NCBI GenBank assembly: GCA_028534125.1
Contig: CM052817.1
Coordinates: forward strand, 2,978,001-3,042,000
Direction of reading: 5' to 3'
Length of the DNA stretch: 64,000 nt
From: Lama glama
Lineage: Eukaryota
The notes below the pieces were generated by a model that had not been told where the DNA came from, ran no database searches, and saw nothing but the letters and a program-made list of their open reading frames with translations. Shown here in pieces: positions 48,961-62,660 of this stretch (the stretch's first letter is position 1; each line of letters begins with the position of its first letter). The position numbers and the translations under genes are program-made.

Positions 48961-51319
48961 GACAAGTGCATGCTTTTTGTTAGAAGCGCTATCCCGTGTC
49001 CTTCTGCATCCTGAGGACTCGAGGGAGACAAACCTGCTCGTTTCTAAGAACAGGCAAGAATTCCTGGAGGGGCCCGTGGAATGTCGGCAACAGCCTTGGT
49101 TCTAGAATCAAGAGGCCTCTTGTTCTGGCTCGAATACTAGCTGGATGTTGCTGAGAGAGTTACTTAATTTCTGTGAGTTTTGGTTTCATCCTCTAAAGAA
49201 AGGGGTGTAACGAGACATACTCTACAGGGCACACAGGGTCGCTGGGCAGAGCAGATGAGATTCGTGGCGGAAATACTTTGCAATGTCAAGCGTTGCCTAC
49301 ACGTGAGGGGTGACGTCGTGTAAACAGCATTTCTGGAGTAATTGTATGAAACTCTTTAAAGCACGTCTGTGGCTCTGCCTGGTGACAGCAGTGGGTGCCT
49401 GCGTGTGCCTCCTTTGACACCGGGGAGGCCCAGGACAGCTCACAGTCTGTTTTACTGCCGACTTAGAGGCGCCCCAGGGGACACCCCTCCCCCACCCGTG
49501 GCCTGAAAGGAGGCGGCTCTTTCCTGCCTATATTTGGTGGCCTCGCTCAGTGCTTCAGGGCCGGGAATGCGCAGGGAGCTCGCTGCTGCCGAGCCAGCCA
49601 GTCCTCAGCCCACGGGACAGGGGCAGGGGGGAGGGCTTCCTGGGAACTTGCCAAAGCCTTTCTTAACCCATCTGCTCCAGAAGTGACCAGCATAAAAAGG
49701 AAAAGATCTGTCAGAAGCAGATGGACTGTTAGTCCAGCACATTTATGGCTTTTGTGGCCTCAAAACAGCCCATGGGACAGAGCTGCCAGGACTTGACGGC
49801 CTTCTGGGGAATGCTGGGTCAGCCAGGGGGCTGCGAAAGTGAGGGGAGGGCGTCCACTCTCCGCTGCCCGGCCTGGCACTGCTTGCTGTAGAGAGACTCG
49901 GAGGGGCACAGGGTGGGTTCTCTCCAAAACATCTCTTGTCCTCTTTAGGGCGCACTGAGTTTCGTCTGTAACAGTGATCTGCAGCAGAGAGTTTCCCTGC
50001 GGTTGGAGAAGACAGTGTAACAATGCGGGCGGCAGTTTAGGGGACCTGAAGGAAATGGCTTGAACTGGGGCAGTGAGGAGCCTGTGCGCTTCAGATATTT
50101 GCAGAATGAATGAGTCAATCAATCAGTCAATCTGCGGCCCTCCTTTTGATCCCGCTCCCTCACTGCTGGGTCGGGAATCAGAGCGCGTGTTCTGCTGTCC
50201 CAGCTCTGAGTAGCATGGAGGCTGGCTTCTCTGCCTTCACTTTTGATTTCTTCAGAATGGGAAAAGGTCCTTCAGCTGTTTTACAGGTCAGTGGCAGAAA
50301 TTCCCTTTTATCCCTGTTGACTCTGGAGCTTGGAGTAACACCTGTCTTTGTATACGTGACCTTCTCAGTTGACTGTTGGCCTGTGTGATCAGAGAGGAGA
50401 ATGGACTTACCTAAGGTGACGTTGCTAACTGGCCCCGGAGCCAGGACTGGAGTCCTTAGTCCCTTGACTCCCAGCAGCTCAGCTGTCTGTGTTTTGCTGC
50501 TTTTCTGTTTCTATCCTTGACAAAACAGTAAGTCTACAATGTGCTGTTCACCTTTCCAGGGGAGGGTGCACTTTCAGTATGGCGGATGGCCCAGCCCGGC
50601 ATTTGTCTTTCATGCAGGGTTCCCATAGCTCAGTTAATCCCTGGCTACTGACAGGAAACGTAAAGGAAGTTGTTTTGAATGTCAACTTATGCAAGAGTAT
50701 TTTTTCACCTGGGAGTTTATTTGGTTTGGACTGGAGTAAATCTCTGGCATTGGTTCCTTTATCCTAAGAGTGGAGAGAACTGTGAACACTTCAGGGGCTT
50801 GAGCCTGACTTGTCTTACTCGACGTCCATTCCTAGTGCTTAGAATGTCCCTGCGCGTTGTTGCCCCAGGCGGAAGTGTGTGTGTTGGGGCTGCGGCCTGC
50901 ACCCTAGCTGCAGCTGGGGGCTCGCTCCACACCACTGAAATACAGTCCCCAGCAGCAGAGCCTGGGCATCTCTTAAGTTTGACAAGAGCCCCAGGGGATG
51001 ATGGTAGTCGGTGAAGGCTGAGAACCGCTGTCCAAGGTGAGTGCAGTCCCAGGTTATACAAGTGTCTTCTGCTTTCACTGGCCCAGAACAGTGTTGGGTG
51101 CTATGGGGTGCCTAAAGAACATTGTGCAAGTAGACGTGGAAATTACAAAAATGCCACATCCTGCTATTATTTACCACAAGTATGTTTACCAGTCATCCAG
51201 TTTATTCCAATGTCTACCTGTTCTCCTTTGTTCGTCATGGAATAGTAACCTGACACCGAGTCACGCGGAGAGCTACCGTAAGTCCGGTGTGGTGGGCCTG
51301 GGACCATCTGGGTGTGAAG

Positions 51320-51819
51320 NNNNNNNNNNNNNNNNNNNNNNNNNNNNNNNNNNNNNNNNNNNNNNNNNNNNNNNNNNNNNNNNNNNNNNNNNNNNNNNNN
51401 NNNNNNNNNNNNNNNNNNNNNNNNNNNNNNNNNNNNNNNNNNNNNNNNNNNNNNNNNNNNNNNNNNNNNNNNNNNNNNNNNNNNNNNNNNNNNNNNNNNN
51501 NNNNNNNNNNNNNNNNNNNNNNNNNNNNNNNNNNNNNNNNNNNNNNNNNNNNNNNNNNNNNNNNNNNNNNNNNNNNNNNNNNNNNNNNNNNNNNNNNNNN
51601 NNNNNNNNNNNNNNNNNNNNNNNNNNNNNNNNNNNNNNNNNNNNNNNNNNNNNNNNNNNNNNNNNNNNNNNNNNNNNNNNNNNNNNNNNNNNNNNNNNNN
51701 NNNNNNNNNNNNNNNNNNNNNNNNNNNNNNNNNNNNNNNNNNNNNNNNNNNNNNNNNNNNNNNNNNNNNNNNNNNNNNNNNNNNNNNNNNNNNNNNNNNN
51801 NNNNNNNNNNNNNNNNNNN
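51320..51819. other. Assembly gap, exactly 500 N
   Basis: Run of N from 51320 to 51819. Confidence 1.
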
Positions 51820-53134
51820 CTCTGCAAATCCTGCCGCCCCCGTCGTCACTCTGGGCATCTGCAGACTGGGCAGCTGGTGGCCACAGTGCAGGCTGGCAGG
51901 GTGATCTTTCATTCCACGTTGAAAAGCTTCATTGTCTTTTTAAGTGATGCTTCTCCATTTAGAGGTGGTGCCAGGGCCCCTTTGGGGCCCAACTGCTTGA
52001 GCTAATACCATCCCAAAGGGCTTTAGAGGCAGGGTGGCAGGCACTGTGAACTCACAGAAGGTGCACAGTCTGAGCAGCCGGACACGCACGTGCCGTCAGC
52101 TGGACTTGGGTGTGAAAGTCCCTCCTCCTCCCTGAGCGTCAGGGTCTATGCCTGCAAACCCCGAGCAGCAGGCAGGATACGTCCTGAGGCATCCCCCTCC
52201 TGTGGAAGCCTTTGTCGCATGGAGAGAACAGAGTCAGCGGGAGGGCAGGGGCCTGAGCAAAGAGGGTGCGTTTCAGCCCCTCCCTGTGTCTGTGTAAATT
52301 TCGCTGTGGGAGGGATGCAGGATGGGAGACTCTGGGGGCGGGGCCTGGGAAGCGGTTCCTTCCCTTTGTTTGCACCTTGCCTGGTCGTCCCTGCCTTGGC
52401 CAGGCCTTGGGGGCCCTGGGGGCGGCACGTGGCCTGTCTCCGTGCTTGGTGGAGAGGGACTGTGAACTCAGGTAGCCAGACATCTCCCCTTGGCCCAGCT
52501 CACCGGAGGGGCTTCAGCAGGGTCTTGTCGCCTCTGGAAGGAGACAGACCTGGCTGGGTTGACATTTGGTCTTCCCTCCCAGCCACGTGGGCTGTGAGCC
52601 TCCCTGGACTTTGTCTACCTCACCAATACCATGAGCACAAAGCCCGTTGTTCTAATGAGACTATGTTTATAAATTCAGCCTTCCTTTTCTCTCCCTTTTG
52701 TTTGTTTTTGCTTCTTCCTCTGCTGTGAAGAAAAACTCATTCATGAATAAAAATACAATGCAGCTTTATGGTAATGAAGAGAAGTCAGTTCATTAGAGCT
52801 TTCTGGGTCTGCCTGAGGTTAGGAGCCCTGCTTTCCTCCTCGTGAAAGCAGAAGTGGCCCTCCCTGTGCTGAGCCAGGCCAGCGCCAGTGCTCTTGTTCC
52901 CGGTTTACTGCCCTTGGGTGGCAGAATCTTTTCTTAAAATCCCATTTACCTAGATTTTCTTGAGATTCTACCTGTCCAGCATTAACAAATAAAATGTGCT
53001 GAGTGTTTTCTGTTTAATTTTACTTTGCTTGACTAGTTAGGGTCTTTTCTCTGACTCTTAATTCTCTGCCTCTAACATGCCTGTCTTCAGCCCAGAGTCC
53101 CAGTCCATGAAGACAGAGGAGCAGGTCTGTCACC

Positions 53135-54620
53135 GCCCAGACAAGGCAACCACTCGTCTGCTTTCTGTTACTGCAGATTAGTTCGGCTGGTTCTAGAATT
53201 TCATAAAAATGGGATCTTCTAAGTATGCCTTTTTGTGTGTTTAGCTTCTTTCACTTAGATTTTTGTTTTTGAGGTTCATCTATGTTATGCATTGGGTAGT
53301 TTGTTTCTTTTTATTGCCAAGAAATATGCCATTGTATATTCATAGTTTGTTACCCGTGTGTTTGTTACTGGTTGCTCAGGTTGTCTGCAGTTTTTGGTTA
53401 TTATGAGTAAAGCTGCTAGTGGTTTTGTGAGGACACATGTGATACTTTCTCTTGGGTCAATGCCTAAGAGGGGGGTTGCTGGGTCACATGGTAAATGTTG
53501 TCTAATTTATGAGAAGCTGCCACGCTCTTCTCTGAAGTGGTTGTACCGCGTGGACTCCCACCAGGAGAGTGTGAGCATTCTGTTGCTGGACAGCTCGCCA
53601 GGGCCTGGTATTAACAGCCTTGTAAGTTCTGGTCATTCTGGGGGGTGTATAGGCGTAGCTCATCATTTAACGTTGCGTCAGCTTGATGATTAGTGATATT
53701 ACCACCTTCTGATGTGCTTATTGGCCACTTGTGTCTCCTTTGTGGGTGAAATGTGTGTAGCTCCTTCGCCTGGTTCTGTTTGGTTGTCTGTATTCTCAGT
53801 GTTCCGTGTGCCTACGGGTTTAAGGGCTGTCGGACACGTGCCTTACAAATATTTTCTTCCCATTTGCTTAACAATTTCTTTCAAACAGTCCAGTTGATTA
53901 ATTTTTCTTTTATGTTAGTGCTTTTGGTGTCCTAAGAAATCTTGGCCTATTCCACAGTCATTAATAATTTCTCCTATGTTTTCTGCTAGACATTTTATAG
54001 TTTTATTTTTTATATCTAGGTCTCTGGTGCACTGGAGTAAATTTTTGGATGTGGTTTTGATTCAAGGGGTGAGTCCGGTCTTACCCACGTCGAAGTCCTC
54101 TCGTTCAGCGCCGGCTGCTCCGGCTGTAAAGGTCCTGTGGAACTGGCGGCTCCGTCCACAGTTGGCCGTCTGTGTGGGGTTATTCCAGGACTTTGTCTCA
54201 CCCATTGTCCTGGCGCCAGCGCCACGTGGGTGGTTCTGAGCCTCAGAAACTAGGTGATTTGGGCCCTCCAACATTGTTCTTTTTTCTCCCCAGCATCTGG
54301 ACATTCTTATTTGTTTCATCTTCATATATTTTATGATCAGCCTGTCAATGCAGTTTTGCCAAAAAAAAAAAAAAGTGCTGCTGGCATCTTGACTGGGACT
54401 GTGTTGAATCTATAAGATGACTTTTGGGGGAGAACCTCCCAATCGATGACTATGGTATTTAGATCTTCACTAAATTTTGTCTGCAATCATAGTTGTCAGT
54501 TTATAGGCCTTTCACATATTTTGTTAAATTTATCCTTAAGTATTTCATATATTTTGATGCTATTATAAATAGTACTGGCTTTTTTTCTTTCTTTCACTTT
54601 TCGGTTGTCCCCTGCTAGTT
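53135..54620 (-). mobile_element. LINE-1 (old L1M) 3' region fragments
   Basis: caaggcaaccactcgtctgctttctgttact...gttgctgggtcacatggtaa...gggactgtgttgaatctata...ttgttaaatttatccttaagtatttcata. Confidence 0.75.
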
Positions 54621-54999
54621 AAGGAGTTTACTGTTTTGTAGAGAAATTGACAAATAAGTAGACAGACGAAGGACATCGCTCTCCAATGAGTTGCTTTGGG
54701 AACACCCTGCAGAGGAGGTGGCATCGGTCGCACCTGGGGAGATCTTGGCTGGCAGAGAAGATGCATGCTGGGGCAAGCGTGTTTCAGAAACTGCACACCA
54801 AGGTCGGGCTGGAACACGAGGAATGTTCTGAAAACAAGTAGTAGCCAGACGAGGCCACGCTGAAACATGAGAGGGGAGTGACGCTGGTGATGAGCTTGTA
54901 AGGACGTTGGGGCCAGGCTGACAACAGGTCTGCTGCTGAACAAGGTTGAAACTATTCAGTGGGTGCTTGGGAACCCTTGTGTGTTTATAAGCCGTTCTT

Positions 55000-55475
55000 T
55001 TTTTGTTTTTTAATTTTGGTAAAATATATGTAATATAAAATTTACCATTTCAACCAGTTTGAAGTATACAGTTCAGTGGCATTAAATACATTCATATTGT
55101 TATGCAACCGTCACCCCCATCAGTCTCCGGGACTTTTGTATCTTCCTCAACTGAAACTGTCCCCATTAAACAACAAGCCCCTCCCCCCTCCCCCAGCCCC
55201 AGGCACCCACCATTCTACTTTCTGTCTCTAGGAGTCTGACCGCTCTGGGGACCTCACAGAAGTGGAATCCTACAGCATTTGTCCCTTTGCGTCTGGCGTA
55301 TTTAACCTAGCATGATGTCCACAAGGTCCACCCGTGTCGTAGCAGGTGTCAGAACTTTCTTCTTCCTTTTTAAGGCTGAATCTTATTTCATTGTGTGGAT
55401 GGGTCTCATTTCATTCATTCCTTCATCTATCCATGGACACTTGTGTTATTTCCACCTTTTGGCTCTTGTGAATAC
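55000..55475 (-). mobile_element. LINE-1 (L1MA/MB-like) 3' end
   Basis: Poly-T then taaaatttaccattt...aagtatacagttcagtggcattaaatacattcatattgtt...ccaccttttggctcttgtgaata. Confidence 0.85.
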
Positions 55476-56134
55476 AGAACCGTTCTCAAAAGCAGAAGAC
55501 CTCAGAAATGAAGTAGGGATTTGGAGCTAGAAGCTTTGACATAAAATTGTTGGTGGATACTTTTCTCATAGTATCCATTGCAATTTCTGGCTGTTTTTAT
55601 TTATTTGCATACTATTTGTCTAATGTGAATGTAAGATCATATCTGTTTTGGTTGTATACCCCACAGGTAGGTCCTCAGGTATTTTTGCAAGGTTTTTTTA
55701 GTACGTATTTAAGATATCTTACAATAAACAGAGCAGAAATTTGCATTTTTCTTTCCCATCCTCCTATTGCTGCATGCCTCCTACTGTCGTGACTGAGTCA
55801 ATGCCTCCTCCTGCTCCAGCCTCTCAGGACACCAGTTCATCCTTAGTGCTGTTGCCAGAACAGATCGTCTTTTCAGAAACGGAGCCCCATCAATGGCACT
55901 GCTTCTGAAAGCCTGTGACTCTGTCTTGTCGTAGGATAATAGTTCTGTGAGTCCCAGTGTCTATCCAGCTCTAGATCGTGAAGCGTTGGGTGTCAAGAGA
56001 CGGGCCTTTGAAGATACTGAGTATAGTGTCTTAAATGTGGTCACATTTAACAACTTATTACTGAATTAAATTGAACTGGTTGGTGTAAGTGGAATAAAGT
56101 ATATGCTCTTAATATCATATTTAAATTTATTACT

Positions 56135-56428
56135 CATCTACAAAACAAAAACAGACTCACAAACATAGTAAACAGCCTTATGATTACTGGGGGTAAAGTG
56201 GGTGGGGAGGAATAAACTGGGGGTTCGAGATTTTCGAATATTAACTACTATATATAAAAATTGATAAACAACAAGTTTCTACTGTATAGTATAGGGAACT
56301 ATATTTAATATCTTATAGTAACGTATAATGAAAAAGAATATGAAAACAAATATATGTATGCCTGAAACATTATGCTGTACACCAGAAATGGACACATTGT
56401 GACTGACTATACTTCAGTTAAAAAAAAA
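56135..56428 (+). mobile_element. LINE-1 3' end (artiodactyl/camelid type) with A-tail
   Basis: catctacaaaacaaaaacagactcacaaacatagtaaac...ctactgtatagtatagggaactatat...gactatacttcagtt + poly-A. Confidence 0.85.
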
Positions 56429-58249
56429 TTATTGCTAGCGACTAGCTTGGTTTGTGTCAGGTCTTCTTATACCAGCCTCAGAAGCGGGAAGTCTGGGTCC
56501 TGTGCTGTTTTGTCAGGTTGCACATATTATTGTGACTAATAAAAAACACGTCCAGATCTAGACTTCGTCTCTCACTTCCTAGAGAACAATAGCAGGGTAT
56601 TTCTATTAGGGCTCGCCTTATCCATCCGTGTGTTAATCTGACCTTTAAGAACCATGATAATTTCCGGAAAGAATGTGTTCTGTGGATTTTTATACTGGAT
56701 CCTTTGGGGACTTCTTGCTGGCTCTGTGTAAGGACTCAGAATATTTATATACGCACAAATACAGACTTTCCTTTGGGATATTGATACGTCTTTTAAAGAC
56801 TCAGAGTCCGTGCCGAAACCAAGGCGTGATTGTTGTAAGTTCCCTTCAGACCCCAGGATAAGTAGAGACCTTGTTGACTCTCTCTTTACAAATTCAAATT
56901 AAACTAGCACTGATTGAATTCCCTGAATCAGAGGCTTTTAGTCACAGTGGTTTCTGGAATCTCTGTCTTCTGGGCACAAAACTGTTAGGATCCTCACGTT
57001 AGAGGTGAGGGCAGGGGGAATCAAAGAAGTCCGGGGGTCGGGACTCAGAGTCATCGGGTCATTCAAATAACAATCATCCGGAGTTTTAAGGAGTTTTAGA
57101 CGTAGTCTAGCTGAGGGAAACTTTCCAAGCAGACAGCATCTAAAGCTCTGCTGCTTTTTCTGAGATTTCTCAGACCAGCCTTTAGGCAGCCCGCGCAGGC
57201 TGTCTGCGGAGGCCTGGGGAAGTATCTGGGAGCGTCTTAACTGTAACCCTATAAGGGAAAATATGCAAGTGCTGTGCCTGAGTACTGGCCCCTTTGCTTC
57301 GGTGCCACACGGGTTCTGTCTCCCCTAAGCCACTTGTGAATGGGGTCCCCACAGTCTCAGCAGAGAAGGGTGCTGATCAGGTGATGATCCAGCAGTTTGA
57401 GAAAATGGACTGGTCAGAACCACTCTCTTGGCTCTTTTGACGCGCATGTCCTAAGAATATCACAGGAGACACGGTTACTAACTGCGAGAGGACAGTCCGT
57501 AGTATTTGTCTCTGCAACTTTCTCTTCAAAACAAAGCTCAGGAATTTTGTCTGCTACAGACATCTAGAAACAAACAAGTGAATTGATCTATCTTGTGTTT
57601 CCATGTCAGGCATGTGCTCAGCCTTCTAGGGACAGAGAGAAGTCAAAGGTGGTCCCTGACTTGCGACTACCTGCCGACTTGTGGAGGGAGAAACACTCAC
57701 CCATGATTATAGCGTGATGCGAGAACTGCGATGCAGGTGGGCTGGGGTCTCGAAGGGTAAATAGGTAAGAGGTGTGCAGGGAGGGGTGCGTGTTAGGGGT
57801 GAGACAGGGCTGCACAGGGCTGATGTCTGCAGGAAACTGAGTCACTCAGAAGAGCTGCAGGCGGGGAGTGGAAAGAGGTGGGTCTGGAAGAAGCAGGGCT
57901 AGTTAAGAGTCTGATACAAGGTCAGGAAAGTCATTGAAAAGAAGACTGCAGGGGACAAGGGCAATGTTCTCAGGAGCCTCAGATGTAGCCCAGTGGTCCT
58001 CAGTGAGGGGATGAGATGGCGTTTTGGGAAGCCACTTCTCCAGGGTCCTGCCTGTGTTTGAGGAGGTGGCCCCCACCTCTGGAGACAGTCAGTGTGAAGA
58101 GCAGCTGCATGGTGGGCTAGGACTTCTCAGTTGCTCCCCCCCCCACCAGGAGTTTATGGGGCGCACTGTCCATATGAGTTCTGTGCAAGGCAGCTGAGGA
58201 GATGAAGTCTGTAGTTCATCCTTATCCTACGAGCTCCTTCTTTTATTTT

Positions 58250-60290
58250 CACATCGTCTCATCAGTTAGTTTTTTCTTTTACATCTGATTTTGCGTCATG
58301 GTTAGAAAATCTTTTCCCATACCAAGGGTATAAAGGAATTCGCCTACTGTTTTTTCTGGGATTTGAAAGGTTTCACTTTTTCACATTTAGATTCTCAAGT
58401 ATCTTTGTAGTTTTTTCTGGTGTGTGATGTAAGTATTTAATTTTATCTCCTCCCCACCCCAAATGGCTACCCAGTAGTCCTGACCGCAACTGTTAAGAGG
58501 TCCATCTTTTCCCACTGATTTGAGACACTGTCTGTATCATAGGCTATATTTCTACATTTATTTGGGTCTACTTCTGGACTTTCTCTTCCGTCCTCTCATC
58601 TGACTGGGAGTCTGTGTGTCAGTATTAGACCATTTAAGTGATGGAACCATTACATTACTTCGTAGCCCTTACATATCCCTTATTTTTCCCTATGAACCTT
58701 AGAATCAGTTTGTCTAGTTTGAGACACAAAATAAAATTTGTTGTATATTTATTGCGCTTGCATTGGGCTTGCATTAAACTTACCTGTTAACTTGGAGAGA
58801 ATTGACATTTTTCTGACATTAAGTTGTTCTGTCCAAAGGCAGGGAGCATTTTCTGTTTGTTCAAGTTTACCTCATTGTCTTTCATGAGTGTCTTAAAATG
58901 TTTCTTATGTAAGTTTTACACGTTTCTTTCTAAATTATTTTAAACATTTTACTTTTTAAATTGCTCTTTTAAATGGAATTTTCTCTTCCATTGTATCTTC
59001 CAACTGTTTATTGTTTGGTATAAAAATCAAATGCAAAAGCAGTAGTTTTTGTATATCCTACATAATTAAATTTTTATGGTAGTTTAGTCATTGATCTCTT
59101 GGGTTTTCTAGGTATTTTTTCGTATCGCTGCAAATAGAGATTATTTTCTTTTCTACTCCTAAGTTTCTAATCACCGTGGCTGACGCTGCCAATGCAGCGT
59201 TCAAAGTGGTGGAGGAAATGGGCTTCCTTGACTTGTTTGTGACCTTTCTGGGAAGGCCTAAAGTGTTTCCTCATTAAGATGCCGTTTTTGTTTTACGTTA
59301 ATGTCTTTGTTTGGGCTGCTGTAACCAAGTACCACAAACAGGGTGGCTTATAAACGACAGAAATGTGTTTCTCATAGTTTTAGAGGGTGGATGGCCAAGG
59401 TCAGGTTCTGCTGAAGGTCCTTTCTGGGTTGCAGATGGTTGACTTTTCAGTATATCCTCACACGGTAGAGGGAGTGAGCACACTTTCTTGGGCCTCTTCT
59501 GTAAGGGCACAGATCCTATTCATGGGGCTCCAGCTTTGTGTCCTGATCACCTCCCAAAGGCCCCACCTCCTAACACCATCATGTTGGGGGTTAGGTTTCA
59601 ACAGAACTGGCAGAGGGGACACAAGCATTCAGCCTGAACAGTGTATGTATTTTATCAAACTAAAGAAGTGTGCGTCAGTTCCCATTTCATTGACCTAAAA
59701 ATGTTGGGAATGGGTGCTGAGTTTCTGGAAGGCTTTTTCATCATTTGTGGGGAGAATCAATGATCTTCACATTAGGTCTATTAGTATGGTGAGTTTGTAG
59801 GGTTTCTAATGTTTGAGTCATCCTTGCCTTCCTGGGGTGGACTTCATGTGGTCATGTGTGTATTGACGACTTGTATTGGTTTCTGTTTGCTAGTATTTTA
59901 TTTAGAATTTTTGCATTGATGCTTGTAAGTAAGATTGGCCTTTGGCTTTCTCTTTTGTGCTGTCTCTATCAGGTTTAGGCATCATTTTAATGCCAACTTG
60001 AAAAAAAGAAAGAATTGGAAAATTGTATATCTGTTTCTGTTCTCTGGAGTAATTTATGGAGTAGCCTTGATGTTTAAAATTGGGCACAATTCCCCTGTAA
60101 AACCATCTGGGTCTGGTGCTTTTTTGGTGAGGATAATTCTTTGTTAACTTTCTTTGCTTTCTCTATGAAGTTGCCTGTGTAAGCTTTCTGTAACTGTTTG
60201 GTAAACTGTATTCTTTTCTGTGAAATTATCTGTTTTACCTAGTTTCAAGTGTATTTGCATAGACTTGTACAGAATAGCCTTTCGTGACTT
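58250..60290 (-). mobile_element. Old LINE-1 ORF2-region fragments, interrupted by an MLT1 LTR
   Basis: T-rich antisense L1 phrases (ttagaatcagtttgtctagttt; gagagaattgacattttt; tttgctagtattttattt; aattcccctgtaaaaccatctgggtctgg). Confidence 0.7.
59300..59642 (-). mobile_element. MaLR LTR (MLT1A-like) nested in L1
   Basis: tgggctgctgtaaccaagtaccacaaacagggtggcttataaacgacagaaatg...cacctcccaaaggccccacctcctaacaccatc...acacaagcattcag. Confidence 0.8.
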
Positions 60291-62439
60291 TTCTTGAGTT
60301 GGGAGTGGACATTTAAGGACATCATAGTTTTAGAAGACAAGAAGTCTGCGGGGTGTGTCCACTTGCCGTGTTCACGGATCCCAAGCCTTGAAGCGAAGTT
60401 CTAAGAAGACGAGCATGTGCTACAGTAATGGTAATAGCTGGTCTGCAGAACGCTTGCCTCTGCGTGTATCAGCTCGTTGCACCCTCACCACAATACTGAC
60501 ATACACAATAATCATCCCATTTTAAGGAGGACGGGATCTGGGAGAGTTACCCGCTTTTCCAAGCTCACACGACTGGGAAGACTGGCTGCATTTGGGGTGC
60601 AAGGTGGAGGGGCGAGGAGAGTCAGGGAGGTGATCCCGGTTGGGGTGCCTGGCAGGGAAGGCAGCCTGGCTGATGTGGACAGGAGCTGCCAAGGGACTGC
60701 AAGTGAGAAGGCCAGGTGGAGGCTGGCAAGTTGGGGGTCAGCTGGAGCTGGGCGGTCTGTGGGGAGTCCTGGGAATGGGTGGGAGGTTAGAGACTAGGTA
60801 GTGGGAATTAGTCAGGTGGAGTTTCTGGGAGCTTCTGCACGAGGTTAGAAGTTTGAAGGCAAGAGCTGTTTGGGAAGCATCCTGGTTAAACATACGAAAT
60901 AAACAGACCGCCAGCAGCCGTCCTGGCTCTGTGAAGTCACTGGGCTGTAACTGAGAATGCAAACAGCTCGCGGTGTTTTACACGTGACCAAAGCCTGGGG
61001 ACTGAGGAGAACACGCAGGGGCCACACGTGTGCACGCGGAGTGACATGAACACATGACCTCGTCCCTGCCTTTTCCAAAACTGAGGCAGGACATCTCAGG
61101 GTAATTACCTGTATTTCCCTAGAGCCAATTATAGGAGGATTTTTTCCTGCTGTTTGTCGGATGTGTTCACGCAGGGTGGTTTAGCATGCTGAGAAACCAC
61201 AGGAGGGCCTAGGGATTCTGTCCTCGCTCCAGAGGAGCTGCGTGAGGTCAGCAGTTCCCTGCACAACAGGCATGCCACCCGGTGGCAGGTCGCTGGCTGC
61301 TGATTCCGGCTCTTGTACCAGACGTCGCACGACAGCAGGTCCCTTGCTCTCGGGGCCTCGGTCCCCTCCCGCGGGAGATAAAGGCACTCGGGGACTCGGG
61401 GTCCCTTTGAACTTTCACATTCTGTGACTGAGGCGTTACAGTGAGCACGATTCCTGTGAAGTGGCTTCTTGGTCCCAGAAATCACCGCCCGTTTTTTTTA
61501 TGTTGTCAAAATAAGTCAACCGGCTGGCACACCTGCATAGGGATTTACCTGAAGTGGCAGAGGGTTGGCCACGTAAGACTGTGTGTGCTCTTGAGTTCTC
61601 TGTCTGCAGCCCCTTCTGCTCTGTACTCACTTCTTCCCCCTTTATTCGGGACCAGGGAAGACAGCCCTCGGCAGGTCGGCGAGAGCAGAGCCGCCGACCA
61701 GGAAGCCTCTTGTGAGGCCGAGGGAGCCGCGCCCCTCAGTGCGTGGCGTGTGTCCAGCAGTGCCTCCGGTGCTTTCCTTGTTGCTTTGGGAATTGCAGCT
61801 TCTGTGGCCAGATCTGCGTGTGGTGTGGGCATTTGGGAAAACATATTTTTTCTGAAAGTTAGCTATTTATTTCCTTGTCCCGCTCCCAGTCTGTGTTCAG
61901 TGACTTTGCCGCTCTGTCTGGAGCAGGAGAACGGACGTCAGGTCGGGGTGCTAAGCAGAGGAGGGAGCCTTGGTTCGGGTGTGTCCCTGCGCAGCTGGCT
62001 GACGTGCACGGCCCCTTTGCATTTCTGAATCTCAAAGATAATGTGCTTGTGGGGATCAAGTGAGATAATACACTCAAAATATTTTGTATATCCGAATATA
62101 ACTACTTGTTATTCTGAATGCAAATCCCTTTGGCCTGTGTTTGGAGTGTACCAATGGGAGAGGTACGGTAGACCGTGCCCTCGGGTAGGTCTCTGATTCT
62201 CCGAGCCTTCGTTTCCCCATCTGTAAGTTGAGAGTTGGGTGAGTTATCTACAGCTGTTTTCCAGTTGTGAGATGCTGTTTTTTATGCAGGACTGTCAGTA
62301 GGGATGTGAAGCACCATTTGAGCAGTGGCCTTGAACGATATAGTTGTGTGGACAGCCTGTCCGTGTCATGGGAGGTAGGTGATTTGAACATAGATGGTGA
62401 GGAATTAACATCCTCTTCCTCCATGAGCAGAATTTAAAG

Positions 62440-62660
62440 GCAGTGTGATGGTGTAAGAAGCAGAGACGTTGAAATCAAGCAGACCTAGTTACAGTTCCCA
62501 CTCTGGTTATTTTTAACTATGTGGCCTTAGGCAAGGACGTAACCTTTCATAGTCTCACTTTCTCCATCTGTCAAATGGTGAAAATAGGGCCTGTCTCGAG
62601 GGTTACCGTGAAGGTCAGTCATGATGTGCATGCGGCACTCCCGTATTGCCTGGCACGTGG
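62440..62660 (+). mobile_element. MIR SINE
   Basis: gaaatcaagcagacctag...aactatgtggccttaggcaag...ccatctgtcaaatgg...tgcctggcacgtgg. Confidence 0.7.

Noticed and set aside
51037..52005. ORFs of 184-322 aa
   Set aside because: Artefacts of translating through the N gap.
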